DNA of 34,605 nucleotides from NCBI GenBank assembly GCA_031372065.1, contig JANMKN010000288.1:1-34605 (forward strand), given 5' to 3'. Positions 9,232 through 20,411 of this stretch are shown here, in pieces (the stretch's first letter is position 1; each line of letters opens with the position of its first letter). The notes beneath the pieces were generated by a model. It saw only the letters and a list, made by a program, of their open reading frames with translations. It ran no database searches and had not been told where the DNA came from. This stretch comes from Abditibacteriaceae bacterium. GTDB lineage: Bacteria; Armatimonadota; Abditibacteriia; Abditibacteriales; Abditibacteriaceae. A program made the translations under genes and the position numbers.

Positions 9232-10365
9232 CTATGGCTTGGCAGGTGGCGCGTTGTATTTTTGAATCAACTTCCACACGATGCCATCTACGGTTTGGTC
9301 TACGCCGTCGCCGTAAATGTTGGTGCAAACCACGACGGCTAAATCGCGTTTGGGCGCCAGCCACATGACAGAAAAATTCATCGTATTGGTGCCGTTGTGC
9401 GTCAAAACAAGGCCACCGCCCCACGGGCGCTCAACGGCGCTCCAACCCATCGCGTAATCGCTGAGTTTGTCGAACGGCGCGTGCAGTTTTTGAAACGATA
9501 GTTGCGAGAGTAATTTGTCGCCCGCGCGCTCGCCGCGCACATGAAGCATGGCGAAACGCGCCAAATCTTCGATGCTGCAATGAACAGTTCCGCCGGGGCC
9601 AATCGCTGCCGGATTGTCGGCGCCGGGGCCGGGCGGCACCGCTTCGATTTTGCCCTCCTTTAAATGATGGCCCCAGGGTTGGTCCGTTTTATCTTTGGTG
9701 GCGGGCATTCCAAAACCGGCGGATGTCATTTGCAACGGGTCGAAAAGCCAAGTGCGCAACACATCTTCGTAGGGCTGATTTAGTTTTTCTTCAATGAGAT
9801 GGCCTATCAGCGAATAGCCGGCATTGGCGTAGTCGAACTTGGTGCCGGGCGGATACGACGGCTCTTGTTTGGTCAGCAATTCTTCCACTAAATAAGCGCG
9901 CTGTTCGCGGGGCGGCAACGCGGCGCGTTGCCACACACGCGGCCATAAGTCTTGTTCGTTCAAATCGTGTGGTGCGCCGCCGCGATGGGCTAAAAGTTGC
10001 TCAAGGGTCACCTTTTTCCATGCCTCTTTCATGCGCGGCGCGAGTTGCGCAAAGCCTTCGGCTAAGGTCATATCCCAACGCAGCGTGCCGTTTTCGATAA
10101 GGCGCGCCGCGACGGTGGCGGTCATCGCTTTGGTGCAAGAACCGATGTGCCATTTGTCTTGCAACGTCACTTTTTCGGGCGCGCCGTCTTTGCGAAAACC
10201 GCTGGCGCCGGACGCGACGATTGAACCGTTTTTGACAACTGCTGCCGCCACAGCCGGAACTTTTGCTGGCGCGCGTGCAGTTTCGAGAAACTCATTCAAC
10301 GAATCCGGTGCGGCATCTGCGCGGTGTGAAATGCCGAAAAACAGCAGGAAAAGCAGTTTTTTCAT
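9232..10365 (-). CDS. Serine hydrolase, beta-lactamase class C/AmpC-like family, secreted
   Basis: SxxK (GSCTK), LLAHRGG, YxN (FDYANAGY) and HNG motifs, plus a signal peptide. Confidence 0.9.
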   Translation of the reverse strand: MKKLLFLLFFGISHRADAAPDSLNEFLETARAPAKVPAVAAAVVKNGSIVASGASGFRKDGAPEKVTLQDKWHIGSCTKAMTATVAARLIENGTLRWDMTLAEGFAQLAPRMKEAWKKVTLEQLLAHRGGAPHDLNEQDLWPRVWQRAALPPREQRAYLVEELLTKQEPSYPPGTKFDYANAGYSLIGHLIEEKLNQPYEDVLRTWLFDPLQMTSAGFGMPATKDKTDQPWGHHLKEGKIEAVPPGPGADNPAAIGPGGTVHCSIEDLARFAMLHVRGERAGDKLLSQLSFQKLHAPFDKLSDYAMGWSAVERPWGGGLVLTHNGTNTMNFSVMWLAPKRDLAVVVCTNIYGDGVDQTVDGIVWKLIQKYNAPPAKP

Positions 10366-11420
10366 GATAAATTCGACTTTTTAGCAGTTTTTTGGGCTTT
10401 GGAGGCCGCTTTTTTCGGCGCGGGCGCCGTTTGAACGGCTGGGAACGAAGCAAAAGGGCGCGGACGCTGTGACGGTTTGGCTGTGGCGCGCGGTGGCATT
10501 GGTGTTGTCTGCGCTTGTTCGGCGGCTTGCGCGGGCGTTTGGGGCGCGATTTCCGGGGTGGGATGGCGCACCGGCTCGGTGCGCTCGGTTACCCATTGCA
10601 CAGCTTCGGCGGGGTCGTCGGTAATCATGATTAAATCCAAGTCTGTCGGCAAAATGGTGCCGTGCGGCACCATGACATCTTCGATCCAATCAAGCAAGCC
10701 GCACCAATAATCGCGGCCAAAAAGAATCACTGGAAAATTTTGCACTACGCTGGTTTGCACCAAAGTCAGCGACTCGAAAAGTTCGTCCATCGTGCCAAAA
10801 CCGCCGGGGAAAATCACGAAAGCCGAAGCGTATTTCATGAAATTCGTTTTGCGACAAAAGAAATAATGAAAGTGAATTCCAGTGTCCACATACGGATTCG
10901 ATTTTTGCTCGAACGGCAATTCGATGTTGAGGCCAATCGAAACCGTCGGGTCGTTTTTTTTCTTTCCCACGATTTGCGCGCCGCGATTACCCGCTTCCAT
11001 CATGCCCGGCCCGCCGCCGGTGATAACGCACCAACCGGCGCGCGCCAAACGCTCGGAAACATCCACGGCAGCCTGATAATAGGGGCTGTCTTCTTTGAGG
11101 CGCGCCGAACCGAAAACCGCGACGGCGGGGCCAACTTTGCTCATGATTTCAAAGGAATGCACAAACTCCGACATAATCCGAAATATGCGCCACGGCTCGG
11201 ACTTCGTGAAATTCTGGCGGATAAATTCCGGCCCGGCGGAATTGAGCAGTTCATAATCGTGCGTGATGGTGGCGGCTTGTTCGGTGGCGATTTTGGACGC
11301 TTCGATATTGCTGCCGGGCAGGGCATGGCGCGCGTTCGGCGCATCGGGCGGCGCGCCGATTTGCATGCTTTTGCGCTTGATTTTGGAATTCTTGCGAGAA
11401 ACGGCCTTTTTCTTTTTCAT
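10362..11420 (-). CDS. LOG family (TIGR00730) phosphoribohydrolase / lysine-decarboxylase-like protein
   Basis: VFGSAR, TGGGPGMMEAGNRGA, LPFEQ..N and PGGFGTMDE motifs. Overlaps the next gene by ATGA. Confidence 0.92.
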   Translation of the reverse strand: MKKKKAVSRKNSKIKRKSMQIGAPPDAPNARHALPGSNIEASKIATEQAATITHDYELLNSAGPEFIRQNFTKSEPWRIFRIMSEFVHSFEIMSKVGPAVAVFGSARLKEDSPYYQAAVDVSERLARAGWCVITGGGPGMMEAGNRGAQIVGKKKNDPTVSIGLNIELPFEQKSNPYVDTGIHFHYFFCRKTNFMKYASAFVIFPGGFGTMDELFESLTLVQTSVVQNFPVILFGRDYWCGLLDWIEDVMVPHGTILPTDLDLIMITDDPAEAVQWVTERTEPVRHPTPEIAPQTPAQAAEQAQTTPMPPRATAKPSQRPRPFASFPAVQTAPAPKKAASKAQKTAKKSNLS

Positions 11421-11628
11421 AAAATCCTTTCAAGAGAAAATCAGCGAATGACGGGCGGAAACGCAGTTCATTTTACTGTGGTTTTGGCCGACCTCGCTTT
11501 GCTAATTCGGCAACTCAGGCGCGAAAAGCTGGCGTTTTCGGTATAATTTTCGGAGTTGTTGCCTCAAATTCAAAGCGACTTTGAGCGGTTTATCGTCGCG
11601 CTGTCATTGGTTCTTAGGGAGATTTGTC

Positions 11629-13644
11629 TTGTTCCGTTTTGCTCAATCGAAGTTTCAAAATATTACGGCGTTTTATCGTGGAATGTGTTCCGCGTTGATT
11701 TTGGCGGGGCCGTTCGCCTTGGCGCAGTCTTCTGCTATCGCAGCAACGATTCTGGTTGATGATTTTGAAGAAGGCGTCGCAAAATGGACGACCAATGACA
11801 AAACCAAAGGCAGCGACGCCAGTGCCTCGGCGATGTTAGTTAATGTTGTGGGCGTGCCTCCCGAATCGGGTGGTGTGCGCGGCTCTAAAGGCGCGGCGCT
11901 TTTCACTTTCAAAGCCTCAACCGCTTCTTGGGCAACAGCTTCCATTGCGGTTGACGGCAAGGCATGGGCGGCAGCGGGCGCGCAAAGTCTGACTTTTTGG
12001 CTCAATGCGGGCGGCGAAACCAAGGGCTTCGAGGTAATCCTGCGCGGCCACGTTTACGACAAGAATGGCGCGTTGGTTGACGAGAAATTCGTTTTGAGCA
12101 AAAAAGTGGATTTAGATCGCCGCGCCTGGCGACAGGTCACGATTCCGCTTTCGGAATTCCGCTCCGATAAAGGCACCTTGCCGAGCCGTATGGCGGGCCT
12201 CTATTTATTGCAGTTCGCGCAAATCAACGATTGGGATGCGCGGTTTTTCATGGTGGACGACATCAAAGTCGAAGGCAATGGAAAACCGATTTCACAAGCC
12301 GCCAACCTGACGGCGCCCCCCGCACCGCCGCCTATGCAACCACCAGCGGTTGTTGGTGCCAATTCGGGAAACGTTACCACAGTCAATGTAGATTTCTTGA
12401 AAAAAGAAGGCAAGATTCGCAGTGCCGCCAATATTTCGCTGGGCATGACGTGGCCCGGTTTGGAAGGCAACGAAAGCTGGCCGATGGATAACCGGGCCTA
12501 TCGCGACAGCGTGGCGGTTTTAAAGCCGCGCCTGATTCGTCTTGAAGCCGGAAGCCTTTGCGCCTTGGTGGATTCGTCAAAGCCAGCGTTTGATTTTACG
12601 CGCCTTACGGCTGCTGTCAAACAAGTGCGCGATTTGAAAGCCGAGCCGTTAATTGCCTTGACCAACCCGCCAGCGTGGGGCTTGGACGCCCAAAGTTACG
12701 CCTCCTACGCGGCGCAGGCGGCTCGTGCCGCCAATCGCGATGGCGCAACGGCGCGACTTTTTGAAGTGGCTCTTGGTGCTTTGGGAAGTGCCGGACTAAG
12801 CGACGATGCAGAAATCGTCAGTTTTTACAATGGCGCTTATAACGCCATCAAAGCCTCCTCCAAAACCTATTGGGTCGGCGGCGTGGGCGCCAGTGGCGGC
12901 GCAGCGGCCACCTTATCGCACTTGCTGAGCGGCGCCAAGGGACTGGATTTTCTTTCGATTCAATTCCTGACGCCGGTTTCCAGCGTTGATCCGCGCGCCA
13001 TTTTTATTTCGGGCAAAAGTCAAACCGGCGTGAAATACGCGGCCTCGCAACTCGACAAATCGCGCTTCAACAAAGCCCCGCTTTTTGTAACTCAGGCTAA
13101 TTTGGCTGGCCCCGGCCCCGATGGCGAACAGCCCTCCGATGGCCGCACGAATGAAATGGTTTCTGGCGCGTGGTGGATTACGTTTCTCAGCGCCAGTTCA
13201 CGCGTGGCCGATCAGGTTTTTCATAACGACGGCGCCAATTCGTCGTGGGGCTTATTGGACGGCGTCAATGCGGCGCCGCGTGGTTATCCGGCGTTTTACG
13301 CCTTGTATATATGGAACAACTTCGTGCCTACGGGCAGTGAACGCGTGAAAACCGATATTTCCAATTCTGCCATCGAAGCCATTGCCCTCAACGCGCCACC
13401 GCTCAAAGAGCAGCCTTTGCATTCGATTTTGCTGGCAAACACTACTGATAGCGAACAAACCGTCAAAGTCTCAATTCGTGGCTTTCCCGTTTTGCGCGAA
13501 GTGCGCACGCGCGTCTTCGACGATCTCGCAACCGCGCGTAGTTTGACCACATATCAGGTTCTGGCGAAAAGCCCGTTTCAAACCATGACCCTCAAACCGT
13601 TTTCTGTGGTTTTGCTGCAATTTATCGAGCCACCGAAAAAATAG
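11629..13644 (+). CDS. Secreted CBM11/CIA30-like + GH39-like (clan GH-A) protein, probably catalytically inactive
   Basis: TTG start after AGGGAG (alternative ATG at 11683). Contains 'ILVDDFEEG..W', 'WRQVTIPLSEF', 'VDDIKV', a Pro-rich linker, barrel motifs 'FDFTRL', 'GLDFLSIQ', 'WGLLD', and a C-terminal beta-sandwich. Confidence 0.65.
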   Translation: MFRFAQSKFQNITAFYRGMCSALILAGPFALAQSSAIAATILVDDFEEGVAKWTTNDKTKGSDASASAMLVNVVGVPPESGGVRGSKGAALFTFKASTASWATASIAVDGKAWAAAGAQSLTFWLNAGGETKGFEVILRGHVYDKNGALVDEKFVLSKKVDLDRRAWRQVTIPLSEFRSDKGTLPSRMAGLYLLQFAQINDWDARFFMVDDIKVEGNGKPISQAANLTAPPAPPPMQPPAVVGANSGNVTTVNVDFLKKEGKIRSAANISLGMTWPGLEGNESWPMDNRAYRDSVAVLKPRLIRLEAGSLCALVDSSKPAFDFTRLTAAVKQVRDLKAEPLIALTNPPAWGLDAQSYASYAAQAARAANRDGATARLFEVALGALGSAGLSDDAEIVSFYNGAYNAIKASSKTYWVGGVGASGGAAATLSHLLSGAKGLDFLSIQFLTPVSSVDPRAIFISGKSQTGVKYAASQLDKSRFNKAPLFVTQANLAGPGPDGEQPSDGRTNEMVSGAWWITFLSASSRVADQVFHNDGANSSWGLLDGVNAAPRGYPAFYALYIWNNFVPTGSERVKTDISNSAIEAIALNAPPLKEQPLHSILLANTTDSEQTVKVSIRGFPVLREVRTRVFDDLATARSLTTYQVLAKSPFQTMTLKPFSVVLLQFIEPPKK

Positions 13645-13794
13645 ATTTTTGTCTTACCAATTCCAGTGAAGTTGAGTGCCGCACCTGAGAAACGTAAAAA
13701 ATGGGTTCCGCATCGGCCAATAAATTCTATTTGGCGCGTCAGGGACGGCCTTTAGAGCGCGATTTGCGCCTTAATTAACCAAAAAAGCTCAACC

Positions 13795-13828
13795 GCAAAA
13801 AAAGAACGCTAAAAAGGCGTTCTTTTGC
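13795..13828 (+). terminator. Hairpin abutting the gyrB promoter (likely terminator of the upstream gene)
   Basis: AAAAGAACGC-TAAAAAG-GCGTTCTTTT inverted repeat. Confidence 0.55.
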
Positions 13829-13857
13829 TTGCCTTCGCAACTGAAAAACGATATAAT
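13829..13857 (+). promoter_or_regulatory. Sigma70-type promoter for the gyrB operon
   Basis: TTGCCT (13829-13834), 17-bp spacer, TATAAT (13852-13857). Confidence 0.7.
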
Positions 13858-14014
13858 TTATTCCAGTGAAAGCCACGGAATTTCCCCCTCTTTTTTCCCT
13901 GTTTTGGATTTAATTTTTCGGCTCTTATCAAAGACCGTATTGCGCCAACATTGCGTCTGCGTGCGGAAATTTTTGCCTGTTTTTCACTTTGATTTAAAAT
14001 GTCGTGCTGTTTGA

Positions 14015-16141
<2,127 letters not shown>

Positions 16142-16150
16142 TTTTTAGTG

Positions 16151-17041
16151 ATGCTTGAACATCGTTTTGGTGGTGATTGGACAAGTGAAAAATTAGAGCG
16201 CGTTCGTAAATATTTGCACGCTTATATGCAGATATTTTCTAAAAACGAACGCGCTCAATTTTTGACTACTGTTTATGTTGATGCCTTTGCCGGAACGGGA
16301 TACATCTCACCAAAATCAAAAAATATAAGTGCAGAATTAGGCTTGTTTCCCGAATTGACTGAGCCGGAAACTCAGACTTTTCTCAAAGGTAGTGCGCAAA
16401 TTGCTTTGGAGATTGAGCCTAATTTCGACTACTTCATTTTTGTTGAACGCGAAGCCGCTTACGCTGCTGAATTGCAGAGGCTTAGATTGCAGAATCATCA
16501 TCTGGCTCACAAGATTGATATTGTTCAGGCTGATGCCAACCATTTTCTGCGTGAATGGTGCGAGACGCAAAACTGGAAAACTCAGCGGGCCGTTGTTTTT
16601 CTTGACCCTTACAGTTTGGAAGTAGAGTGGAACACGCTAAAAATTTTGGCCGACACCAAAGCCGTTGATTTGTGGCTGTTATGGCCTATTGGACAAACCA
16701 TTAATCGTTTGTTGACGAAACGGCATTTGCCGCCTGAAAAATGGGCTGAGGCTTTGACGCGCGCATTTGGTAGTGAGGATTGGAAGGAACAATTTTACGC
16801 CAAACCAGAGCAATCGCAGTTAGGCTTATTTGGCGATGAAGCAGCAGAGGAAAATATAAAAATCGCTGATTTTAAACAAATCGAACGTTTTTTCATTGAT
16901 CGCTTAAAAACCATTTTTCCGCACGTTGCGCAAAATCCCTTGTATTTGGAGAATTCGCAAAACACGCCACTGTATTTGTTGTGTTTTGCGGCTCACAATC
17001 CAACAGCAGTGAACATTGCGCGAGACATTCTCAAGAAGTAA
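16151..17041 (+). CDS. tcmP: Three-Cys-motif partner protein TcmP (SAM-dependent methyltransferase fold)
   Basis: HRFGGDWTSEKL..YL..Y, YVDAFAGTG, GSA.IAL, FIFVE, DAN, VFLDPY and PLYLLCFA. Start is GTG 16148 or ATG 16151. Confidence 0.88.
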   Translation: MLEHRFGGDWTSEKLERVRKYLHAYMQIFSKNERAQFLTTVYVDAFAGTGYISPKSKNISAELGLFPELTEPETQTFLKGSAQIALEIEPNFDYFIFVEREAAYAAELQRLRLQNHHLAHKIDIVQADANHFLREWCETQNWKTQRAVVFLDPYSLEVEWNTLKILADTKAVDLWLLWPIGQTINRLLTKRHLPPEKWAEALTRAFGSEDWKEQFYAKPEQSQLGLFGDEAAEENIKIADFKQIERFFIDRLKTIFPHVAQNPLYLENSQNTPLYLLCFAAHNPTAVNIARDILKK

Positions 17042-17799
17042 TGGCGAATAATTCCAAAATCGAATGGACAACGCACACGTTTAACCCGTGGTGGGGCTGC
17101 ACCAAAGTTTCTGATGGTTGCAAGTTTTGCTACGCAGAAACGCTGTCGTCTCGTTATGGGCATGATGTGTGGGGGCCGAAAAAAGAACGCCGCACTTTCA
17201 GTGAGAAGCATTGGCAGGAGCCTTTAAGGTGGAACGAACAGTCGCGTCAAAAAGGTGAACGCGCGCGTGTGTTTTGCGCTTCAATGGCTGATGTTTTTGA
17301 AGAAGCGGCTCCCGAAGGTGAACTTGAACGGTTATGGAATTTAATTCGGCTCACACCTGATTTGGATTGGCTATTGTTGACCAAGCGCCCTGAAAGAATC
17401 GCTCAGTCGCTACCTTTTGATTGGTATAACGGCTGGGCTAATGTGTGGCTTGGAACCAGTATCGAAGATGAACGCGTTGTAGAGCGGGTTGAGGATTTGA
17501 CTTCCGTTCCAGCGGTTGTGCATTTTCTTTCAGTGGAGCCTTTAATTGGGCCGATTGAGGAATTGCCGTTGAACGATGTTGAATGGGTTATTGTTGGTGG
17601 TGAATCGGGGCCGAAAGCGCGCGAAATGCGCACAGAATGGGTAGATTCGATTTACCATCAGTGTCGCGCGGCGGCTGTGCCGTTCTTTTTTAAACAGTGG
17701 GGCGGCGTGCGTAAAAAACTGGCAGGACGTGAATTGCATGGCCGTTTTTATGATGATTTTCCCGAAGTTAGAGTTGAACCTGTCTTGGTGGCGAAGTGA
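17041..17799 (+). CDS. DUF5131 / phage Gp37Gp68 family radical-SAM-like protein
   Basis: SKIEWT..TFNPWWGCTKVSDGCKFCYAE (Cx6Cx2C), FCASMADVF, LLTKRPE, FLSVEPLIG, WVIVGGESG and PFFFKQWGG. The ATG overlaps the tcmP stop (TAATG). Confidence 0.93.
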   Translation: MANNSKIEWTTHTFNPWWGCTKVSDGCKFCYAETLSSRYGHDVWGPKKERRTFSEKHWQEPLRWNEQSRQKGERARVFCASMADVFEEAAPEGELERLWNLIRLTPDLDWLLLTKRPERIAQSLPFDWYNGWANVWLGTSIEDERVVERVEDLTSVPAVVHFLSVEPLIGPIEELPLNDVEWVIVGGESGPKAREMRTEWVDSIYHQCRAAAVPFFFKQWGGVRKKLAGRELHGRFYDDFPEVRVEPVLVAK

Positions 17800-17809
17800 A
17801 GGAGAATAA

Positions 17810-20308
17810 ATGAGTTTGATTGCCCGTGAAGTCATTCAGATGCGCATTGAAGATGAGATGCGCGTGAGTTATACGCGTTACGCGATGAGCGTGATTGTCG
17901 GGCGCGCGTTGCCCGATGCGCGTGATGGACTCAAGCCCGTTCATCGTCGCATTTTGTATGCGATGTATGACCAGAATATGCTACCCGACCGGCGTCGTGA
18001 AAAGTGCGCCTCGGCTGTCGGCGAAGTGCTGAAAAAATACCACCCGCATGGCGATATGAGCGTGTATGACGCGCTCGTTCGCATGGCGCAGGATTTTTCG
18101 ATGCGCTTTCCGCTCGTGGACGGGCAGGGCAACTTCGGCAGCGTGGATGGCGATTCGGCGGCGGCTTATCGCTACACCGAAGCGCGTCTGGCGTCGCTGG
18201 CGATGGAACTGCTGCGCGACATTGACATGGACACGGTGGATTTTCAGCCCAACTTTTCGGAATCCACCACCGAACCCAGTGTGCTACCGGCGGTTTATCC
18301 CAATATGCTGGTCAACGGTAGTTCGGGCATCGCTGTCGGCATGGCGACCAACATTCCGCCGCACAATTTGGGCGAAGTGTGCGATGCCGTGGCGATTTTG
18401 GTTGAAAACCCGAATGCCACTGTGGAAGATTTGATGGCGGTTTGTCCCGGCCCCGATTTTCCCACAGCGGGCCTGATTTTGGGCACCAAAGGCATCAATT
18501 CGGCTTATCGCACCGGACGCGGCAGCGTAATTATGCAGGCGCGCGCCACTATCGAACCGATTGAAATGGGCCGTCAGGCGATTATCGTGACGGAATTGCC
18601 CTATCAAGTCAACAAGGCCACGCTGATTGAAAATATCGCCGCTATGCACCGCGAAAAGCGTGTCGAGGGCATCAGCGAATTGCGCGACGAAAGCGACCGC
18701 ACCGGAATGCGCATCGTGATTGAACTCAAGCGCGAGTGTAATCCGAATGTGCTGCTGAATTTTCTTTATAAGCACACGGCGCTGCGCACCAGTTTCGGCA
18801 TTATTAATCTGTCCATCGTGGGCGGCCAGCCGAAAGTTTTGTCGCTCAAAGAATCGCTGGAAGTCTTCATCGGCCATCGCCAAGAAGTCATTCGTCGTCG
18901 CAGCAAATTCCAACTCACCAAAGCCGAAGCGCGGGCGCATATTCTTGAAGGCTTACGCGCGATTTTGGCTTCGATTGATGATGTAATCGCTCTTATTCGC
19001 GGCAGCCAATCGCGCGAAGATGCGCGCAACAGGCTGATGAACGAAGGTGTTCCGGCTTATCACGAAGGCAAAAAGGCCGCGAACGGCCAAATGGTGACGC
19101 TTTCGGAAATTCAGGCGAACGCGGTTTTGGATATGCGTTTAGGTCAGCTTACGCAGCTTGACCGCATGAAAATTGATGACGAATTCGCCGAGTTATTGAA
19201 AGAAATCGAGCGATTGCGCGGCATTCTTGAAAGCGAAGCCAAAGTGCGTCAGATCATCAAAAATGACATGGCGCGCATCAAAAAAGATTACAGCGATCCG
19301 CGTCGCACGCAGCTTATTGACCGCGAAGCGCAAGACCTGAAACCCGAAGATTTGATTGCCGAAGAAGATGTTGTTATCACCATCACGCGCGATGGCTACA
19401 TCAAAAAGCTGCCCAAGGACACTTATCGCACGCAAGGGCGCGGTGGCAAAGGCATCATCGGTTTAACCAAAAAAGAAGAAGATTCCGTTGAGCATTTGTT
19501 CGTTTGCACGACGCATCATTTGCTGCTGATTTTCACCAATCTCGGCAAGGTTTATCAAATCAAAGCCTACGAAGTGCCGTCGGCTTCGCGCACTTCGCGC
19601 GGCACGCCGATTGTGAATTTGCTGGGCAATATCGAACGCGGCGAACACGTCACGGCGGCGCTCAACATTGATACGCGCGAAGTCGAAGAAAACAAAGGCA
19701 AGTATTTCTTTATGGTGACGCAAGGCGGCACCGTCAAGAAGACCAAAGTCGAAGAGTTTTTCAAATCGGGCCGCGACAAGATTGCGATTACCTTGGCTGG
19801 AAAAGACGAGTTGCGCTTTGTTTTCATCACCAACGGCAGCAAAGAAGTGATTTTGGCTTCGCGTCAGGGCATGAGCGTGCATTTCAAGGAAGAAGATGTG
19901 CGTTCGGTGGGCCGCAGCGCCTCTGGCGTGACCGGAATGCGCTTCAAGCACAAAAAGGATTACATCGTCGGCGCGGCGGTGGCCGACCCGCAAGATCACG
20001 TTTTGACCGTTTCAGAATTGGGTCTGGGTAAGCGCAGTTTAGTGGAAGATTATCGCTTGCAATCGCGCGGCGGCACCGGCGTTATCACCTTGAAAGTCAC
20101 TGAAAAAACCGGCGAACTCGTCAGTTTGGAATCGGTGGCCGAAGGCGATGAACTGATGATTATCACCAAAAAAGGTGTGATAATCCGACAGGGCATAGAC
20201 AACATCCGCGAAACCGGACGCGTGGCGCAAGGCGTGAAGTTGATACGCCTCGGCGAAGGCGATGAAGTCGCCGCCGTCGCCAAGATTCTGCGCGAAGAAG
20301 ACGAATAA
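17810..20308 (+). CDS. gyrA: DNA gyrase subunit A
   Basis: RALPDARDGLKPVHRR, YHPHGD, GQGNFGS, catalytic AAYRYTE, GyrA-box QGRGGKG and C-terminal pinwheel repeats. GGAG RBS. Confidence 0.98.
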   Translation: MSLIAREVIQMRIEDEMRVSYTRYAMSVIVGRALPDARDGLKPVHRRILYAMYDQNMLPDRRREKCASAVGEVLKKYHPHGDMSVYDALVRMAQDFSMRFPLVDGQGNFGSVDGDSAAAYRYTEARLASLAMELLRDIDMDTVDFQPNFSESTTEPSVLPAVYPNMLVNGSSGIAVGMATNIPPHNLGEVCDAVAILVENPNATVEDLMAVCPGPDFPTAGLILGTKGINSAYRTGRGSVIMQARATIEPIEMGRQAIIVTELPYQVNKATLIENIAAMHREKRVEGISELRDESDRTGMRIVIELKRECNPNVLLNFLYKHTALRTSFGIINLSIVGGQPKVLSLKESLEVFIGHRQEVIRRRSKFQLTKAEARAHILEGLRAILASIDDVIALIRGSQSREDARNRLMNEGVPAYHEGKKAANGQMVTLSEIQANAVLDMRLGQLTQLDRMKIDDEFAELLKEIERLRGILESEAKVRQIIKNDMARIKKDYSDPRRTQLIDREAQDLKPEDLIAEEDVVITITRDGYIKKLPKDTYRTQGRGGKGIIGLTKKEEDSVEHLFVCTTHHLLLIFTNLGKVYQIKAYEVPSASRTSRGTPIVNLLGNIERGEHVTAALNIDTREVEENKGKYFFMVTQGGTVKKTKVEEFFKSGRDKIAITLAGKDELRFVFITNGSKEVILASRQGMSVHFKEEDVRSVGRSASGVTGMRFKHKKDYIVGAAVADPQDHVLTVSELGLGKRSLVEDYRLQSRGGTGVITLKVTEKTGELVSLESVAEGDELMIITKKGVIIRQGIDNIRETGRVAQGVKLIRLGEGDEVAAVAKILREEDE

Positions 20309-20322
20309 TTCGACCTTAAACC

Positions 20323-20355
20323 ACAAAAGGACGCTCCAAAAGAGCGTCCTTTTGT
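20323..20355 (+). terminator. Rho-independent terminator after gyrA
   Basis: ACAAAAGGACGCTC-CAAAA-GAGCGTCCTTTTGT. Confidence 0.88.
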
Positions 20356-20411
20356 TGTATTAGTTTATCCGCTGCATTGGCTTTGCTGGTGTCGTTGTCT
20401 AAATTTTTCGT

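Noticed and set aside
9232..10365. Bona fide beta-lactam resistance gene
   Set aside because: The motifs fit the broad serine-hydrolase family (HNG rather than KTG). Activity cannot be inferred.
10662..11546. Long alternative-frame ORFs (also 26603..27415, 31961..32680, 18284..18940)
   Set aside because: They are antisense shadows of well-supported genes and have no recognisable motifs.
16148..17799. Prophage remnant (because of the Gp37/Gp68 name)
   Set aside because: No integrase, structural genes or att repeats nearby.
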